Shown here: one piece after another, positions 11,503-22,006 of the stretch
Layout: each line of letters starts with the position of its first letter
Position numbering within the stretch: the stretch's first letter is position 1
Origin: an uncultured Verrucomicrobiae bacterium
GTDB taxonomy: Bacteria; Verrucomicrobiota; Verrucomicrobiia; Limisphaerales; JAFGQR01
NCBI GenBank assembly: GCA_963788655.1
Contig: CAWBHS010000101.1
Span: 1-64,000 of the forward strand
DNA: 64,000 nt
Direction: 5' to 3'
Position numbers and translations under genes: made by a program
Notes under the pieces: model-generated
Seen by the model: only the letters and a program-made list of their open reading frames with translations
The model's database searches: none
Told to the model about the DNA's origin: nothing

Positions 11503-12871
11503 ATGCATACGACGGCGGAAAAAATTTGGAGCACGGCCCAGCAAAAACTGCGTTACCATGCTCAATCGAGACATCTACAAATTGTGGTTTGCGCCGGTAC
11601 GCGCCAACATGCTGGAGGAGGACCATATTACGTTGGAAGTCGCGAATGATTTTTGCGAAGTGTGGCTAACGGACAATTATCAGGATTTGATTCATGAAGT
11701 GCTGGCCCTGACCACTGGGCAGCCGTTGAAGGCCCGCTTTATCGTTTCCTCGTCGTCCACTCTCAAAGGACATGCCGCGCCGGTAGCGGAACCCAAGGCG
11801 CCCCCCAGGAAACTCCCGACAAGCGGGAAAGGCAGGATCCCGGGGCCGATTTGTCGTTCAATCCCAAGAATACCTTCGAGACATTCGTCGTCGGCAACAA
11901 CAATACCTTTGCGCACGCCGCCGCCATGGCCGTGGCGCAGGCCCCCGGAAAATCCTACAATCCGCTCTTCCTCTACGGCGGAGTGGGGCTGGGCAAAACG
12001 CACTTGCTGCACGCCATTGGCCAGCATGTGGTCAATCACAAGAAAGGCGCGCGGGTCACCTACGTCTCCTCGGAGAAATTCACGAACGAGTTCATCGACG
12101 CGATCCAAAACAATCAGCTCGTCCGGTTCCGCCGCAAATATCGCCAGACGGATGTCTTCCTGATCGACGATATTCAATTCCTGGCCGGCAAGGAGCGCAT
12201 CCAGGAGGAATTCTTCCACACCTTCAACACCTTGCACGAATCGCGCAAGCAAATCGTGATGACCTGCGACCGGCCCGCCAGCGAAATTCAGGGTCTGGAA
12301 CAACGCTTGGTTTCCCGCTTCGAGTGGGGCTTGGTCACCGACCTGCAACCGCCGGACGTCGAAACCCGCATGGCCATTCTGCGCAAGAAGGAAAAAATGA
12401 TGGGCGTGGAACTGCCCGGAGGACATCATCAACTTCCTCGCCAACCGGATTCGCACCAATGTGCGGCGGCTGGAAGGCGCGTTGGTGCGGGTGGCGTCTT
12501 ACGCCTCGCTCACCGGCAAGAAATTGACGGTGGAAGTCGTCGAGAATCTGCTGCGCGAAGTCCTGCACGAAGAAGGCCGTTTTTCGCTGACCATCGAGTC
12601 GATCCAGAAAAAGGTCGCGGAACATTTCGACATTCGCCTGGCGGACATGGCCAGCAAACGCCGTCCAGAAAACATCGCCTTCCCGCGCCAGATCGCGATG
12701 TATTTGTCGCGCCAAATCACCGAAAGCTCCTTGAACACCATCGGCGAGGCCTTCGGCGGACGCGACCACGGTACGGTCTTGCACGCCTTCCGCTTGGTGA
12801 AAGACCGGATGGACATGGATGCTCACGTCCGGCAGGTGGTTAGTTACCTGGAAAAACAATTGATGCGCTAG
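11503..12871 (+). CDS. dnaA: Chromosomal replication initiator DnaA, split by about 3 indels
   Basis: [59 protein letters not shown]. Confidence 0.95.
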
Positions 12872-12896
12872 GCCGCCCGTCATCGATCTGAAACCC

Positions 12897-12921
12897 GTAG
12901 GACAGGCGTCCCCCTGTCTCG
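12897..12921 (+). repeat. REP-like palindrome family B (GTAGGACAGGCGTCCC), single arm
   Basis: Same arm as the inverted pair at 45190-45324. Confidence 0.7.
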
Positions 12922-12980
12922 AATGCCCAAAGAGTGTCCGATCTCTTTGAAACGTCCATTGACTCATGTCCACCCAATCT

Positions 12981-13129
12981 CGCGAAGCGTTTGGAGTGCG
13001 TGGAGCTTGCTCCCGCTTTCGGCAGAAGTTGCGCTGGCACAAGCCCTCAATCCCGGCACGGAAAAGCTTGGCGCGTTTCGCTAATGCCGAAAGCGCCGGC
13101 AAGCCGGACGCACTCCAAACGCTGGCGCG
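12981..13129. repeat. REP-like doublet family A (TTTGGAGTGCG...CGCACTCCAAA)
   Basis: Near-identical arms at 48109-48254 and 50014-50138, with unrelated spacers. Confidence 0.85.
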
Positions 13130-13208
13130 ACGGACTCCGCACAATTCGCAATCGTGCCGCGTTGATGCATCGCCCCGCAGTTATCGCTCGTCGGCGACGG
13201 CACCTTAA

Positions 13209-14234
13209 ATGACCGCTCCTAGAAATTCCCTTTCGCGCACGGCCTCTACTCCATCCCAGCCGGTCATTTCGGTAGTCAATCTGACCAAAACCTTTCGCAC
13301 GTACAAAAAGTTGCCGGGATTTCGCGGCGCGCTCAAAGGGCTCGTCCGCCGCCAGTACGAAACCACCGTGGCGGTCAAAGAAGTCAGCTTCGCGGTTGAA
13401 CAAGGTGAATTGGTCGGATTTCTGGGACCCAACGGCGCCGGCAAGACCACGACTCTGAAAATGCTCTCCGGGCTGTTGTATCCCACCAGCGGAACCGCCA
13501 CGGTCCTCGATTACGTGCCTTGGAAACGCGAAGACGGCTATCGTCGCCAGTTTGCCTTGTTACTGGGTCAAAAGAATCAACTGTGGTGGGACCTGCCCGC
13601 CCGCGAATCGCTCGAGCTCAACGCCAAGATTTACGGAATTCCTGACCCGGTCTTCGAGCGAACCGTGGCCGAGTTGACCGAATTGTTGCGGGTGCAGGAT
13701 AAACTCAACGTCATGGTACGGGAACTCTCGCTGGGTGAACGCATGAAGATGGAGTTGATCGCGGCCTTGCTGCACCAGCCCAAAGTCCTGTTCTTGGACG
13801 AGCCCACTATCGGCCTGGACGTGGTGTCCCAGAAAATCGTGCGTGAATTCCTGCGGGACTACAATGCCCGGCGCCGCACCACCATCCTGTTGACCAGCCA
13901 CTACATGGCGGACATCCAGGAACTGTGTCGGCGCGTGATCATCATCGACCATGGCACGATCTATTTCGATGGCCCGCTGAGCGAGATCAGCGACCGGGTG
14001 GCGAATTTCAAGCTGGTCACCATCCGCTGCGATGATGCCGACCAATACTCGCCCGCCGAACTCGCTCCCTACGGCGAAGTCGTCAGCCAAAGCGGCGAGC
14101 TGATCAAATTCAAGGTCAAACGCGACGCGGTGATTTCGGCGTGCAAAGCCCTGTTGGACCATCTGCCCGTGCGGGACATTGACATCCAGGAAGTCCCGAT
14201 CGAGGACGTGATCCGCCAAATCTTTTCCCGCTGA
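13209..14234 (+). CDS. ABC transporter ATP-binding protein (ABC-2 exporter type)
   Basis: Walker A GPNGAGKTT, signature LSLGERMK, FLDEPT, TSH. Confidence 0.93.
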   Translation: MTAPRNSLSRTASTPSQPVISVVNLTKTFRTYKKLPGFRGALKGLVRRQYETTVAVKEVSFAVEQGELVGFLGPNGAGKTTTLKMLSGLLYPTSGTATVLDYVPWKREDGYRRQFALLLGQKNQLWWDLPARESLELNAKIYGIPDPVFERTVAELTELLRVQDKLNVMVRELSLGERMKMELIAALLHQPKVLFLDEPTIGLDVVSQKIVREFLRDYNARRRTTILLTSHYMADIQELCRRVIIIDHGTIYFDGPLSEISDRVANFKLVTIRCDDADQYSPAELAPYGEVVSQSGELIKFKVKRDAVISACKALLDHLPVRDIDIQEVPIEDVIRQIFSR

Positions 14235-14281
14235 GCCTTCCTCCAAGAGACTGCTGACAAGCCCGGCGGCGCCGGTTATCG

Positions 14282-15073
14282 TTGGTGCCCGTGACACACT
14301 GGACCACCATCTTGGCCGCCGGATTTGGCGTGTTGTTCATCGGTCTATCCAAGGCCGGATTCGGCGGCGGCCTGGGCATGCTCACCACGCCCATCTGCGT
14401 GCTGGCCTTTGGGATGATCGGCAAGAATCCCACATTCGCCATCGGCACTTTGCTCCCGCTGTTATGCCTGGGCGACGCGTTCTCGCTGTACCATTACTGG
14501 GGCAAGTGGGAATTGAAGAATCTCAAATACCTGCTACCCGGCGTGGTGGTCGGCGTTCTCGGGGGAGTGCAACTCATCGGGCAATTCTCTCCGCGGCAAC
14601 TCAACCTGGCCATCGGCATTCTGGCAGTTGCTTTCGTGGTATTCCAATTCGTGAAAGGAAAGATTTTCGCTGCCGAAGGAGCGTTTGCCCCGAATCACAA
14701 GATCGGCATTCCTTGCGGCTTGGGGACGGGCATCGCCTCGTCGTTCGCACACGGCGCGGGACCGGTGGTGGCGGTGTTTCTGATCCCGCAACGGCTGCCC
14801 AAGGAAATCTATGTGGGCACCACCGTGGCGGTCTTTGCCTGGGTGAACTGGATCAAGATGCCGTTCTTCGCCTGGCAGGGCATTATCACCCACGACACGC
14901 TGTTGACCGGACTGTACTATTCGCCCCTGGTCCCGCTCGGCGTCTGGCTGGGAGTGTGGCTAAATCGGCGGTTCTCGGAGTCAATGTTCCTCAAGGCGGT
15001 CTATGTGCTGACATTCCTCGCGGGCCTGCAACTGATTTTCGACTTCAACCTGGGAAAGTTGTTTGGAAGATAA
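14282..15073 (+). CDS. TauE/SafE family membrane protein
   Basis: Multi-TM protein; SKAGFGGG and AHGAGP motifs. Confidence 0.85.
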   Translation: MVPVTHWTTILAAGFGVLFIGLSKAGFGGGLGMLTTPICVLAFGMIGKNPTFAIGTLLPLLCLGDAFSLYHYWGKWELKNLKYLLPGVVVGVLGGVQLIGQFSPRQLNLAIGILAVAFVVFQFVKGKIFAAEGAFAPNHKIGIPCGLGTGIASSFAHGAGPVVAVFLIPQRLPKEIYVGTTVAVFAWVNWIKMPFFAWQGIITHDTLLTGLYYSPLVPLGVWLGVWLNRRFSESMFLKAVYVLTFLAGLQLIFDFNLGKLFGR

Positions 15074-15077
15074 ACGT

Positions 15078-16031
15078 ATGAAAATTGTGGTACTGGACGG
15101 CTACACCATGAATCCCGGCGACTTGAGCTGGGAACGACTTGAGGAGCTGGGCGACTGCGTGATTTACGAACGCACGCCGCCCCAAGACACGCTGGCCCGG
15201 GCGGAAGGCGCCGACGTTTTACTCACCAACAAGGTGCTGTTGAATCGAGATCTAATTGCTCAACTGCCTCAGCTCAAATACATCGGCGTGACGGCGACGG
15301 GCGTGAATGTGGTGGAGGTTCAAGCGGCTCGCGAGCGAAACATCACCGTGACGAATGTTCCGGCCTACAGCACCCGGTCGGTGGCTCAGATGACCTTTGC
15401 GTTGTTGTTGGAATTAACGCACCACGTCGGCGACCACGCCCGGGCGGTGCGCGAGGGCCGCTGGACGCGCTGCCCGGACTTCAGTTTCCAGGACTATCCA
15501 TTAATCGAATTAGACGGACTGACGATGGGCATTGTCGGCTTTGGCCAGATTGGCCGTGCGGTAGCGGACCTGGCATTGGCCTTTGGGATGGAAGTGCTGG
15601 TCCATACGCGCACGCCGCCCGCTAATCATCCGGCGTCGGTGCAATTCATCGAACGGGACACGCTTTTCCGTTGCAGTGACGTGATCAGCCTGCACTGTCC
15701 GTTGACGCCCGAAACGCACCACCTCGTCAATGCTGACCGTCTGGCCCAAATGCAGCCGACGGCGTTCCTGATCAACACGGGCCGCGGTCCGTTGGTGGAC
15801 GAACCCGCCCTGGCGCAGGCGCTTGAAGACGGGCAATTAGCCGGGGCAGCCTTGGACGTTTTGTCCACCGAACCGCCGCCAGCCGATCATCCGTTGTTGA
15901 GCGCCAAGAATTGCCTGATCACCCCGCACCATGCCTGGGCGACGCGGGCGGCGCGGACGCGGCTGATGGAAATCACGGTGGCCAATCTCCGGGCCTTCAT
16001 CGAGGGCAAGCCGCAGAACGTGGTGGGGTGA
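15078..16031 (+). CDS. D-2-hydroxyacid dehydrogenase (glycerate dehydrogenase-like)
   Basis: NPGDLSW, GFGQIG, SLHCPL, INTGRG, LDV, TPH. Confidence 0.92.
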   Translation: MKIVVLDGYTMNPGDLSWERLEELGDCVIYERTPPQDTLARAEGADVLLTNKVLLNRDLIAQLPQLKYIGVTATGVNVVEVQAARERNITVTNVPAYSTRSVAQMTFALLLELTHHVGDHARAVREGRWTRCPDFSFQDYPLIELDGLTMGIVGFGQIGRAVADLALAFGMEVLVHTRTPPANHPASVQFIERDTLFRCSDVISLHCPLTPETHHLVNADRLAQMQPTAFLINTGRGPLVDEPALAQALEDGQLAGAALDVLSTEPPPADHPLLSAKNCLITPHHAWATRAARTRLMEITVANLRAFIEGKPQNVVG

Positions 16032-16113
16032 TCGGCCAACCCAAGCCAAAGGATTCACGTCTACTACCGATAGAACTGGTTGACCCGTTCGGCCCAGTGG
16101 CCTTGGTTCGGCT

Positions 16114-16652
16114 TCATTTCAATCTGCCATTCATGGTAAACGGCTCCGTGCAAACCTTGAATGGGATCTGTGAACTCCAAACGAAATCCTGCAGCTTGGG
16201 CGGCAGCTTCTGAGCGATGCTGACGGGTAGCCAAGCAAGTGGCCAGACAAGCCGTGGGGGCGGCAAGAAGCATAGAGTTGCTTCATTGGTGGCATCGCGC
16301 CGGACCAAGGCTTCAAAGCTGAATCCCGAGTGACCGGACACCGTATGCGCCTCCAGACCTCCACCGCGAGAGGCAAAATATGCGTTCGGAGATTGCGTGC
16401 AAGGTATATCCCGCACTAGAAAATTCTGCCAGCTCATAGGCAGGGAAACGAACTCACGCGTGCTCATGTTGGTAACGTCGATGATCGCACAAACATAATC
16501 ACCTTGAAAAACGGTGTAATGATTCGTGATGAATCCGCGAACAACCTTAGCGGCGGGTCTCCCCCGGTGGGGGCACAGCAATAAATCATGGCGAGGGCCG
16601 CGGCGAAGGTAACGCTCCCCAAGATGATACGCTTGTGCCCAACCACGTTCAT
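16114..16652 (-). CDS. Hypothetical protein, probably frameshifted, with an N-terminal hydrophobic segment
   Basis: ORF 16464-16652 starts in an ATGA overlap with the epimerase stop and gives a TM-like start; ORF 16114-16668 gives the body. Confidence 0.4.
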
Positions 16653-17623
16653 GTCGCCGCCCCATCACTCAATTGGGAATGGTTTTGAAACCATTCCACA
16701 AACCGGGGAATGCCTTGCTCGATTTTAACTTTGGGCACGTAGTCCAACAACCGCTGCGCCTTGGCGATATTGGCGTAAGTGATCGGCACGTCCCCCGGCT
16801 GCGGTGGCTGGCGATCAATGATGGCTTTCCTGCCCAAAGCCGATTCCAATAACTCGATCAACCGCGACAATTGAACGGTCTGCGATTCACCGAGGTTGAT
16901 GATCTCGAAACCGAACTCCTTTTTCGTGGTCGCCATCACGCCCTCCAGCGTATCGGTGACGTATGTGTAGTCACGTGCCGTCGAACCATCGCCGAACACC
17001 GGAATCGGTTTCCCGGCGGCAATCAAACGGGCAAATTTGTGGATGGCCAGATCGGGTCGTTGGCGGGGGCCATACACCGTGAAGAATCGAAGCATCACAA
17101 TGTCCAAGCCATAAACATGGTGGTAAACATGTCCCAGCGCTTCGTCGGCGAGCTTGCTGGCCGCGTACGGTGAAATCGCCGAAAAAATTGGATCGTCTTC
17201 GGAGAACGGCACCTTGGCATTGACGCCGTAAACGGACGAAGACGAGGCGATGGTCAACTTCTTCACTCCATTGTGGCGGGCCGCTTCGAGCAGGTGGACC
17301 GTCCCCTCCACATTGACTCGCTGGTAGAGGGCTGGCTCCGCCAGGCTGGGCCGCACTCCCGCCCGCGCCGCCAAGTGAATGATCTGGTCAAATTGGACGC
17401 GGCCCAACAATTCATCCACCGCGGCACGATCGGTGAGATCCCCCTTCACAAAGGTAAAGCGCTGCCCCCGGCTCTGTAGCTCGTTCAGGTTTTGCTGTTT
17501 GATCGCGGGATCATAAAAGTCGTTTAAATCGTCAAACGCCCACACGGCATGCTCGGTCTCTAACAACCGTTCACAAACATGCGATCCAATAAATCCCGCG
17601 CCGCCAGTTACCAAGAAATTCAT
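16649..17623 (-). CDS. NAD-dependent epimerase/dehydratase (UDP-glucuronate 4-epimerase-like)
   Basis: TGGAGFIG, HLAA.AGVR, SSSSVYG, YAASK, RFFTVYGP..RPD. Confidence 0.93.
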   Translation of the reverse strand: MNFLVTGGAGFIGSHVCERLLETEHAVWAFDDLNDFYDPAIKQQNLNELQSRGQRFTFVKGDLTDRAAVDELLGRVQFDQIIHLAARAGVRPSLAEPALYQRVNVEGTVHLLEAARHNGVKKLTIASSSSVYGVNAKVPFSEDDPIFSAISPYAASKLADEALGHVYHHVYGLDIVMLRFFTVYGPRQRPDLAIHKFARLIAAGKPIPVFGDGSTARDYTYVTDTLEGVMATTKKEFGFEIINLGESQTVQLSRLIELLESALGRKAIIDRQPPQPGDVPITYANIAKAQRLLDYVPKVKIEQGIPRFVEWFQNHSQLSDGAAT

Positions 17624-17751
17624 GACGAAGCTTAACAAAACCAAACATCGGTTGGCAACGACGAGCGACCGGGTGCCGACAGCGCGGCTGGTCGCTGCAA
17701 AACCAACCGTCACAGCTACGTTGCGCAGTCGAACATGCGTCCTGACCTGCG

Positions 17752-17985
17752 AGTTTGCGCATCGTCAAGCCGTCGCCCTCTGCCCGTGCAATCCCGCCGC
17801 CGTTTGGCGATACGCGGATTATCTGCTCCAGCGTCAACGGACCAACGACGCGAAGATTCTCATCGAGACGACGCTCAGAATTGATCCGGAGAAACACATG
17901 GATGTCAGTTCTGACCTGCCAAAGAATTCGTTGGGAAAAGTTGCGCGCTAAAGCCAAAGAACTTTCCGTGAATTCTGATAAGTAA
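17752..17985 (+). pseudogene. Orphan TPR-like coding fragment
   Basis: FAHRQAVALCPCNPAAVWRYADYLL...AKILIETTLRIDP has TPR spacing but no plausible start. Confidence 0.45.
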
Positions 17986-18089
17986 CTGCCGCGCGCCGGC
18001 TTGAATGAGAAGCGCAAAACGTTGGCGGTGCAGATAAAATGCGGCCGGCGCAACCTCTGGCCAATATGCTCGCGCCAGGCGGAGTCCAC

Positions 18090-19076
18090 TCAGTACCACT
18101 GCCGCAGCCGAACTTCGATGCCCAGATCGGTGCCGACCAACCATTTGAACCGGTTCACATCGCTGCCAGAATAGTGGTAGGGATAGACGACCCGGGGACG
18201 GAAGTCGCGCACGGCGTCAGCCGCCGCCTCCATGGTCATGGTGTAGGGCAAATTCATGCAAATGAAGGCGACATCGATGTTCGCCAAGGCGCGCATTTCC
18301 GGCACGTCCTGAGTGTCGCCGCTGATGTAAATTCGTTTCCCCCCGATGGACAGCACATACCCGTTGCCCTTGCCAGGTGGATGATAGACGGTTTGGTTGG
18401 TCGGGAAGTTGTAGGCGGGCACCGCTTCCACCTCGATCCCAAAAAGATTGGTCGTGTCGCCATTGGCCAAAACGGTGGTCTGGCTGCGATGCGGGGACAT
18501 GGCACTCAGGTTGTAAACGGCCAGCGGCGCGAGAATGACTGTGCTGGACTTCTTCACCGCCGTGATGGCCGAGGCGTCGAAATGATCATTGTGCTCGTGG
18601 CCGATCAGGATCAGATCCGCGCGTGGCAAACCGCTGTATAAACTCGTCGGGCTGTCTGGATCGTTGTAAATCATCAAGCCGTGCCACTGCATGACGAAGG
18701 TCGCGTGATAGCGCGGTTGGATGATGACGTCGCCATTGGTGGTGTTCAGATGGTCCCCAGCCAAGATGTTATCGCCGGACAATTGCTGCACTCGATAGAA
18801 TCGTCGATCCCAAAATGGCGCGGCGGAATCCATGTGAAGCAAGGAAGTGGTCGTGTTGGTCGGGAACGTGACGAGTGCGGTCCAGTCGAACAAGTTTGTC
18901 GCCATTTCGAGGCGGTACGCGCGACCGACCGGTGCGTTGATGGTCAAAGCTATTTCACGGTTGGTCAGTCGCCGGATGTCCGTGAATTGAATCGTTTGGG
19001 CCGGCAGCGAAGTCAGCCACACTGCACCAAAACCTGCCAAACAAAGTCCTCTCCACAAAACATGTCGTGCTTTCAC
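18090..19076 (-). CDS. Secreted MBL-fold metallo-hydrolase with an extra N-terminal domain
   Basis: HEHNDH, VPAYN, H..G.GNGY, YISGDT, MNLPYTM, YPYHY. Confidence 0.88.
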   Translation of the reverse strand: MKARHVLWRGLCLAGFGAVWLTSLPAQTIQFTDIRRLTNREIALTINAPVGRAYRLEMATNLFDWTALVTFPTNTTTSLLHMDSAAPFWDRRFYRVQQLSGDNILAGDHLNTTNGDVIIQPRYHATFVMQWHGLMIYNDPDSPTSLYSGLPRADLILIGHEHNDHFDASAITAVKKSSTVILAPLAVYNLSAMSPHRSQTTVLANGDTTNLFGIEVEAVPAYNFPTNQTVYHPPGKGNGYVLSIGGKRIYISGDTQDVPEMRALANIDVAFICMNLPYTMTMEAAADAVRDFRPRVVYPYHYSGSDVNRFKWLVGTDLGIEVRLRQWY

Positions 19077-19164
19077 AATGTTAAAAGACGGGTGGCGTTC
19101 ATTCGAGGTTGCACATTATCGTCTGAATTTTGCTGCCCTTGCGATCAACCCGTTTCCGGGTCCG

Positions 19165-19472
19165 AATTGCCAACCGGCGCCCACGATTGGTAGGACGCTC
19201 CCCAGCCCTGACTTTTCTGAAGCACCGTGTTAAAACACGTGATGAAAAATGGGAAACCTTTGACGTTCGGGCCCGCGCATTCTGGAGGCTTCCCGCGGCT
19301 TCGGATTGCGGCTTTTGGAAGCGACGAGGGGAAGTCAGGGCTCGACGGAGTCTCGCCCTACCCAACCGGTGTGGCCGCCAGGTCGCGGAGGGCGGCAGCC
19401 CTCTGCCGCTGTCGAACGCGCGGCACCCAAGCAAGGCGGCAGAGGGCGGCCGCACTCCAAGACGCTGCCGCG
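19165..19472. repeat. Mosaic of REP-like palindromes in the divergent intergenic region
   Basis: gggctcgacggagtctcgccctacc hairpin (about 19338-19362); family-A variant cggcagccctctgccgc...gcggcagagggcggccgcactccaa (19384-19472). Confidence 0.65.
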
Positions 19473-19604
19473 ACTGTCAGTAAGTTCACGGGCTAGACAA
19501 ATGCCCTTCTTGCCCGCACTTTTCCTCATGTTCTTGATAACCATGTATGAATCGGTGCCGAGCCGGCCACTGGGACCAATGCTCGCTCTGACGGTTTGCT
19601 TAGG

Positions 19605-20663
19605 ATGACCGTGCCTGGCCAACTGGTGGACTCGTTTGGTCGCGTGTTGCGCGATCTGCGCGTCAGCGTCACCGACCGCTGCAATTACCGGTGCCTGTAT
19701 TGTCTGCCGGAAACCGAAGCGGCGCAGAATTTCTACCGCGGCCACTGGGCCAACCTTCCCGCGCCGGCGCCCATTGCGCGCCAATGGCAACCGCGCGCCA
19801 ATTTGTTAACTTTCGAAGAAATCGAACGGGTTGTTCGCCTGGCCACCAGTTTGGGAATTACGAAAGTCCGCCTGACTGGCGGAGAACCCTTGCTCCGGCA
19901 GGACGTGGAACATTTGGTGGCGCGGCTTGCGGTCATTCCCGGTGTCCACGACCTGGCAATGACTTGCAACGGATTCCTATTTCGACACAAAGGCCGGGCG
20001 CTGCGCGACGCCGGATTACGGCGGATCAGCTTCAGCCTGGACTCGTTGGACCGGGAGAACTTCAAGCGAATCACCGGCCGCGATGCCCTCGATGAGGTTT
20101 TGGCCAGCATCAAAGAAGCGCAGGAACTCGGGCTGAATCCCGTCAAGGTCAATGCCGTGATCATTCGCGATCTGAACGACCATGAGATTGAATCGCTGGC
20201 CGAGTTTGGCCGACGTCACCAGCTCAGTATGCGGTTCATCGAGTTCATGCCGCTCGACTCCGGCCATGCCTGGCAGCGGGAACTGGTAGTGAGTGGAAAG
20301 GAGATTGTGCAGCGCTTGCAGGCCCGCTATGCGCTGGTGCCCGTGGTGGCGGACAATAAATCCGAAACCGCCAAACGCTGGACTTACCTGGACGGGCCTG
20401 GCGAAGTGGGCATCATTGCCTCGGTCAGTGAACCGTTCTGCGGCCAGTGCAATCGCATCCGGTTAACTGCGGACGGCAAGATCCGCACCTGCCTGTTCAG
20501 CGTGACCGAACACGATTTGCGCGCCCAGTTGCGCGGCGGGGCCACGGATGAAGAACTCGGTAATTATTGGCAACGGGTCGTCTGGCAAAAAGAGAAAGGC
20601 CACCGGATCGGCCAACCGGAATTCGAATCACCCAGCCGCAGCATGAGTTGCATCGGCGGATAA
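19605..20663 (+). CDS. moaA: GTP 3',8-cyclase MoaA
   Basis: LRVSVTDRCNYRCLYC, RLTGGEP, RFIEFMP, C..CNR.R, CLF, C-terminal IGG. Confidence 0.96.
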   Translation: MTVPGQLVDSFGRVLRDLRVSVTDRCNYRCLYCLPETEAAQNFYRGHWANLPAPAPIARQWQPRANLLTFEEIERVVRLATSLGITKVRLTGGEPLLRQDVEHLVARLAVIPGVHDLAMTCNGFLFRHKGRALRDAGLRRISFSLDSLDRENFKRITGRDALDEVLASIKEAQELGLNPVKVNAVIIRDLNDHEIESLAEFGRRHQLSMRFIEFMPLDSGHAWQRELVVSGKEIVQRLQARYALVPVVADNKSETAKRWTYLDGPGEVGIIASVSEPFCGQCNRIRLTADGKIRTCLFSVTEHDLRAQLRGGATDEELGNYWQRVVWQKEKGHRIGQPEFESPSRSMSCIGG

Positions 20664-20664
20664 T

Positions 20665-21912
20665 GTGTGGCGAAATGAAATGCAAATGAGTCAGCCCTTT
20701 AACGACGAACGTAGCAGCGGACGTGAGTCCGCTCAATATTCCGAAACAAGAATTCAGAGCCGACTTACGTCGGCGGCTACGGTTGAGCGACTGAACGCGC
20801 AACAACTCGATACGGTACGGTTTCCTTCCGATTCACCTTTTAAACGATTTTCTCCATTGCTTTGGATCGCAGCGGTCGCCCTGTTCGTCGGCGGCTGCGC
20901 GACGTGTCCAGTTAATCCAGAAACCGGCCGCCGACCGGCCAAAACACCGGAGCCTTACACCCAGGTGGCCTATCCGGATGCGGACACGGTGGAATTGCAG
21001 ATCGCGGTCCGCAAATTTGTGTCGGCACGGCCTGACCAGCCGGTCATCTGGTTGACTGGCGTTTCCCACATTGGCGATCCAGGTTACTACGAAACGTTGC
21101 AGCGGTATCTGGACAAGCAACAGCTCGTTCTCTTCGAAGGCGTCAAGGGATTGGGCGAGCCGGGGAAGACTCCTTCGTCCCCTGCTCAAGCCGCTTCGAA
21201 ATCGGAGGCATCGATTGCCGCCGACCCGTCCGATTCGACCGAAGGCCCGTCGCTTCAAGTCAACCTGGCCAAGGCTCTTGGTCTGGTATTTCAATTGCAG
21301 GCGCTGCATTACAACCGACCACAGTTCCGCAACAGCGATCTGTCCGTGGACCAAATTCAAAAGCTGATGGTGGACCAGCAAAAGAGCCCAGCCACCCCCA
21401 CGACCGACAAAGACCCGCCGCCGGAAACGGAGTTTCAAAGCCTCGTCGAAACCATGCAAGGTACGTCCTTGTTCGGCGCCGTGGTTTATGCGGTGGTGGA
21501 ACTTGTCGGCCAAAGCCCGCGACTGCAGGCCATGACCAAACTGGCCATGATCCAATTGCTGGGCGAGTTCAAGGGAGATTTGAGCCGCGCCGAGTTTCTG
21601 CCGCCGGAGATGCGCCAACTCATGGAAGTGCTCATCCAGAAACGCAATCAAGCGGTGATCACCGATCTCAAGTCAGCGCTCCAGGAGAAAAATCCGCCGG
21701 CCTCGATTTCGATCATCTATGGCGCCGGGCATCTGGCCGATATGGAAATGCGCCTGCGTCATCAATTGCACTACTGCCCGGTGGATCAGTTCTGGCTGCC
21801 GGTATTCTCGGTGAACACGGAGGAAGCCGGTTTGTCGCAGTTTGAGATCGGTCTCGTTCGCAGCGTAGTCCGCGCCCAACTGGAGGCGTTGCAGCCAAGC
21901 CATCCGCGTTAG
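20665..21912 (+). CDS. Hypothetical lipoprotein (start uncertain, probably downstream of the REP)
   Basis: Lipobox-like VGGC; motifs GVSHIG...YY, VLFEGV, RN, IIYGAGH resemble TraB/GumN-type proteins. Confidence 0.65.
   Translation: MWRNEMQMSQPFNDERSSGRESAQYSETRIQSRLTSAATVERLNAQQLDTVRFPSDSPFKRFSPLLWIAAVALFVGGCATCPVNPETGRRPAKTPEPYTQVAYPDADTVELQIAVRKFVSARPDQPVIWLTGVSHIGDPGYYETLQRYLDKQQLVLFEGVKGLGEPGKTPSSPAQAASKSEASIAADPSDSTEGPSLQVNLAKALGLVFQLQALHYNRPQFRNSDLSVDQIQKLMVDQQKSPATPTTDKDPPPETEFQSLVETMQGTSLFGAVVYAVVELVGQSPRLQAMTKLAMIQLLGEFKGDLSRAEFLPPEMRQLMEVLIQKRNQAVITDLKSALQEKNPPASISIIYGAGHLADMEMRLRHQLHYCPVDQFWLPVFSVNTEEAGLSQFEIGLVRSVVRAQLEALQPSHPR
20710..20781. repeat. REP-like doublet family C (GTAGCNGC.GACGT.AG)
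   Basis: Inverted arms cgtagcagcggacgtgagtccgctc and gagccgacttacgtcggcggctacg; degenerate copy at 36978-37051. Confidence 0.75.
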
Positions 21913-22006
21913 CTGGTTTGAAAGTTTTCGAGCAACGCCGGCACTTGCGGAATAGCTGGCAATGCCTACAATGTCACGTCTCTGTTTGACGGTTTGACAA
22001 TTGGTT

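Noticed and set aside
9632..12871. Programmed frameshifting or pseudogenes in glnA and dnaA
   Set aside because: Multiple scattered indels without slippery motifs in essential genes fit sequencing error better
19700..19800. Insertion after the radical SAM motif of MoaA as an intein or mobile element
   Set aside because: Only about 20 aa, no intein motifs; more likely a lineage-specific loop
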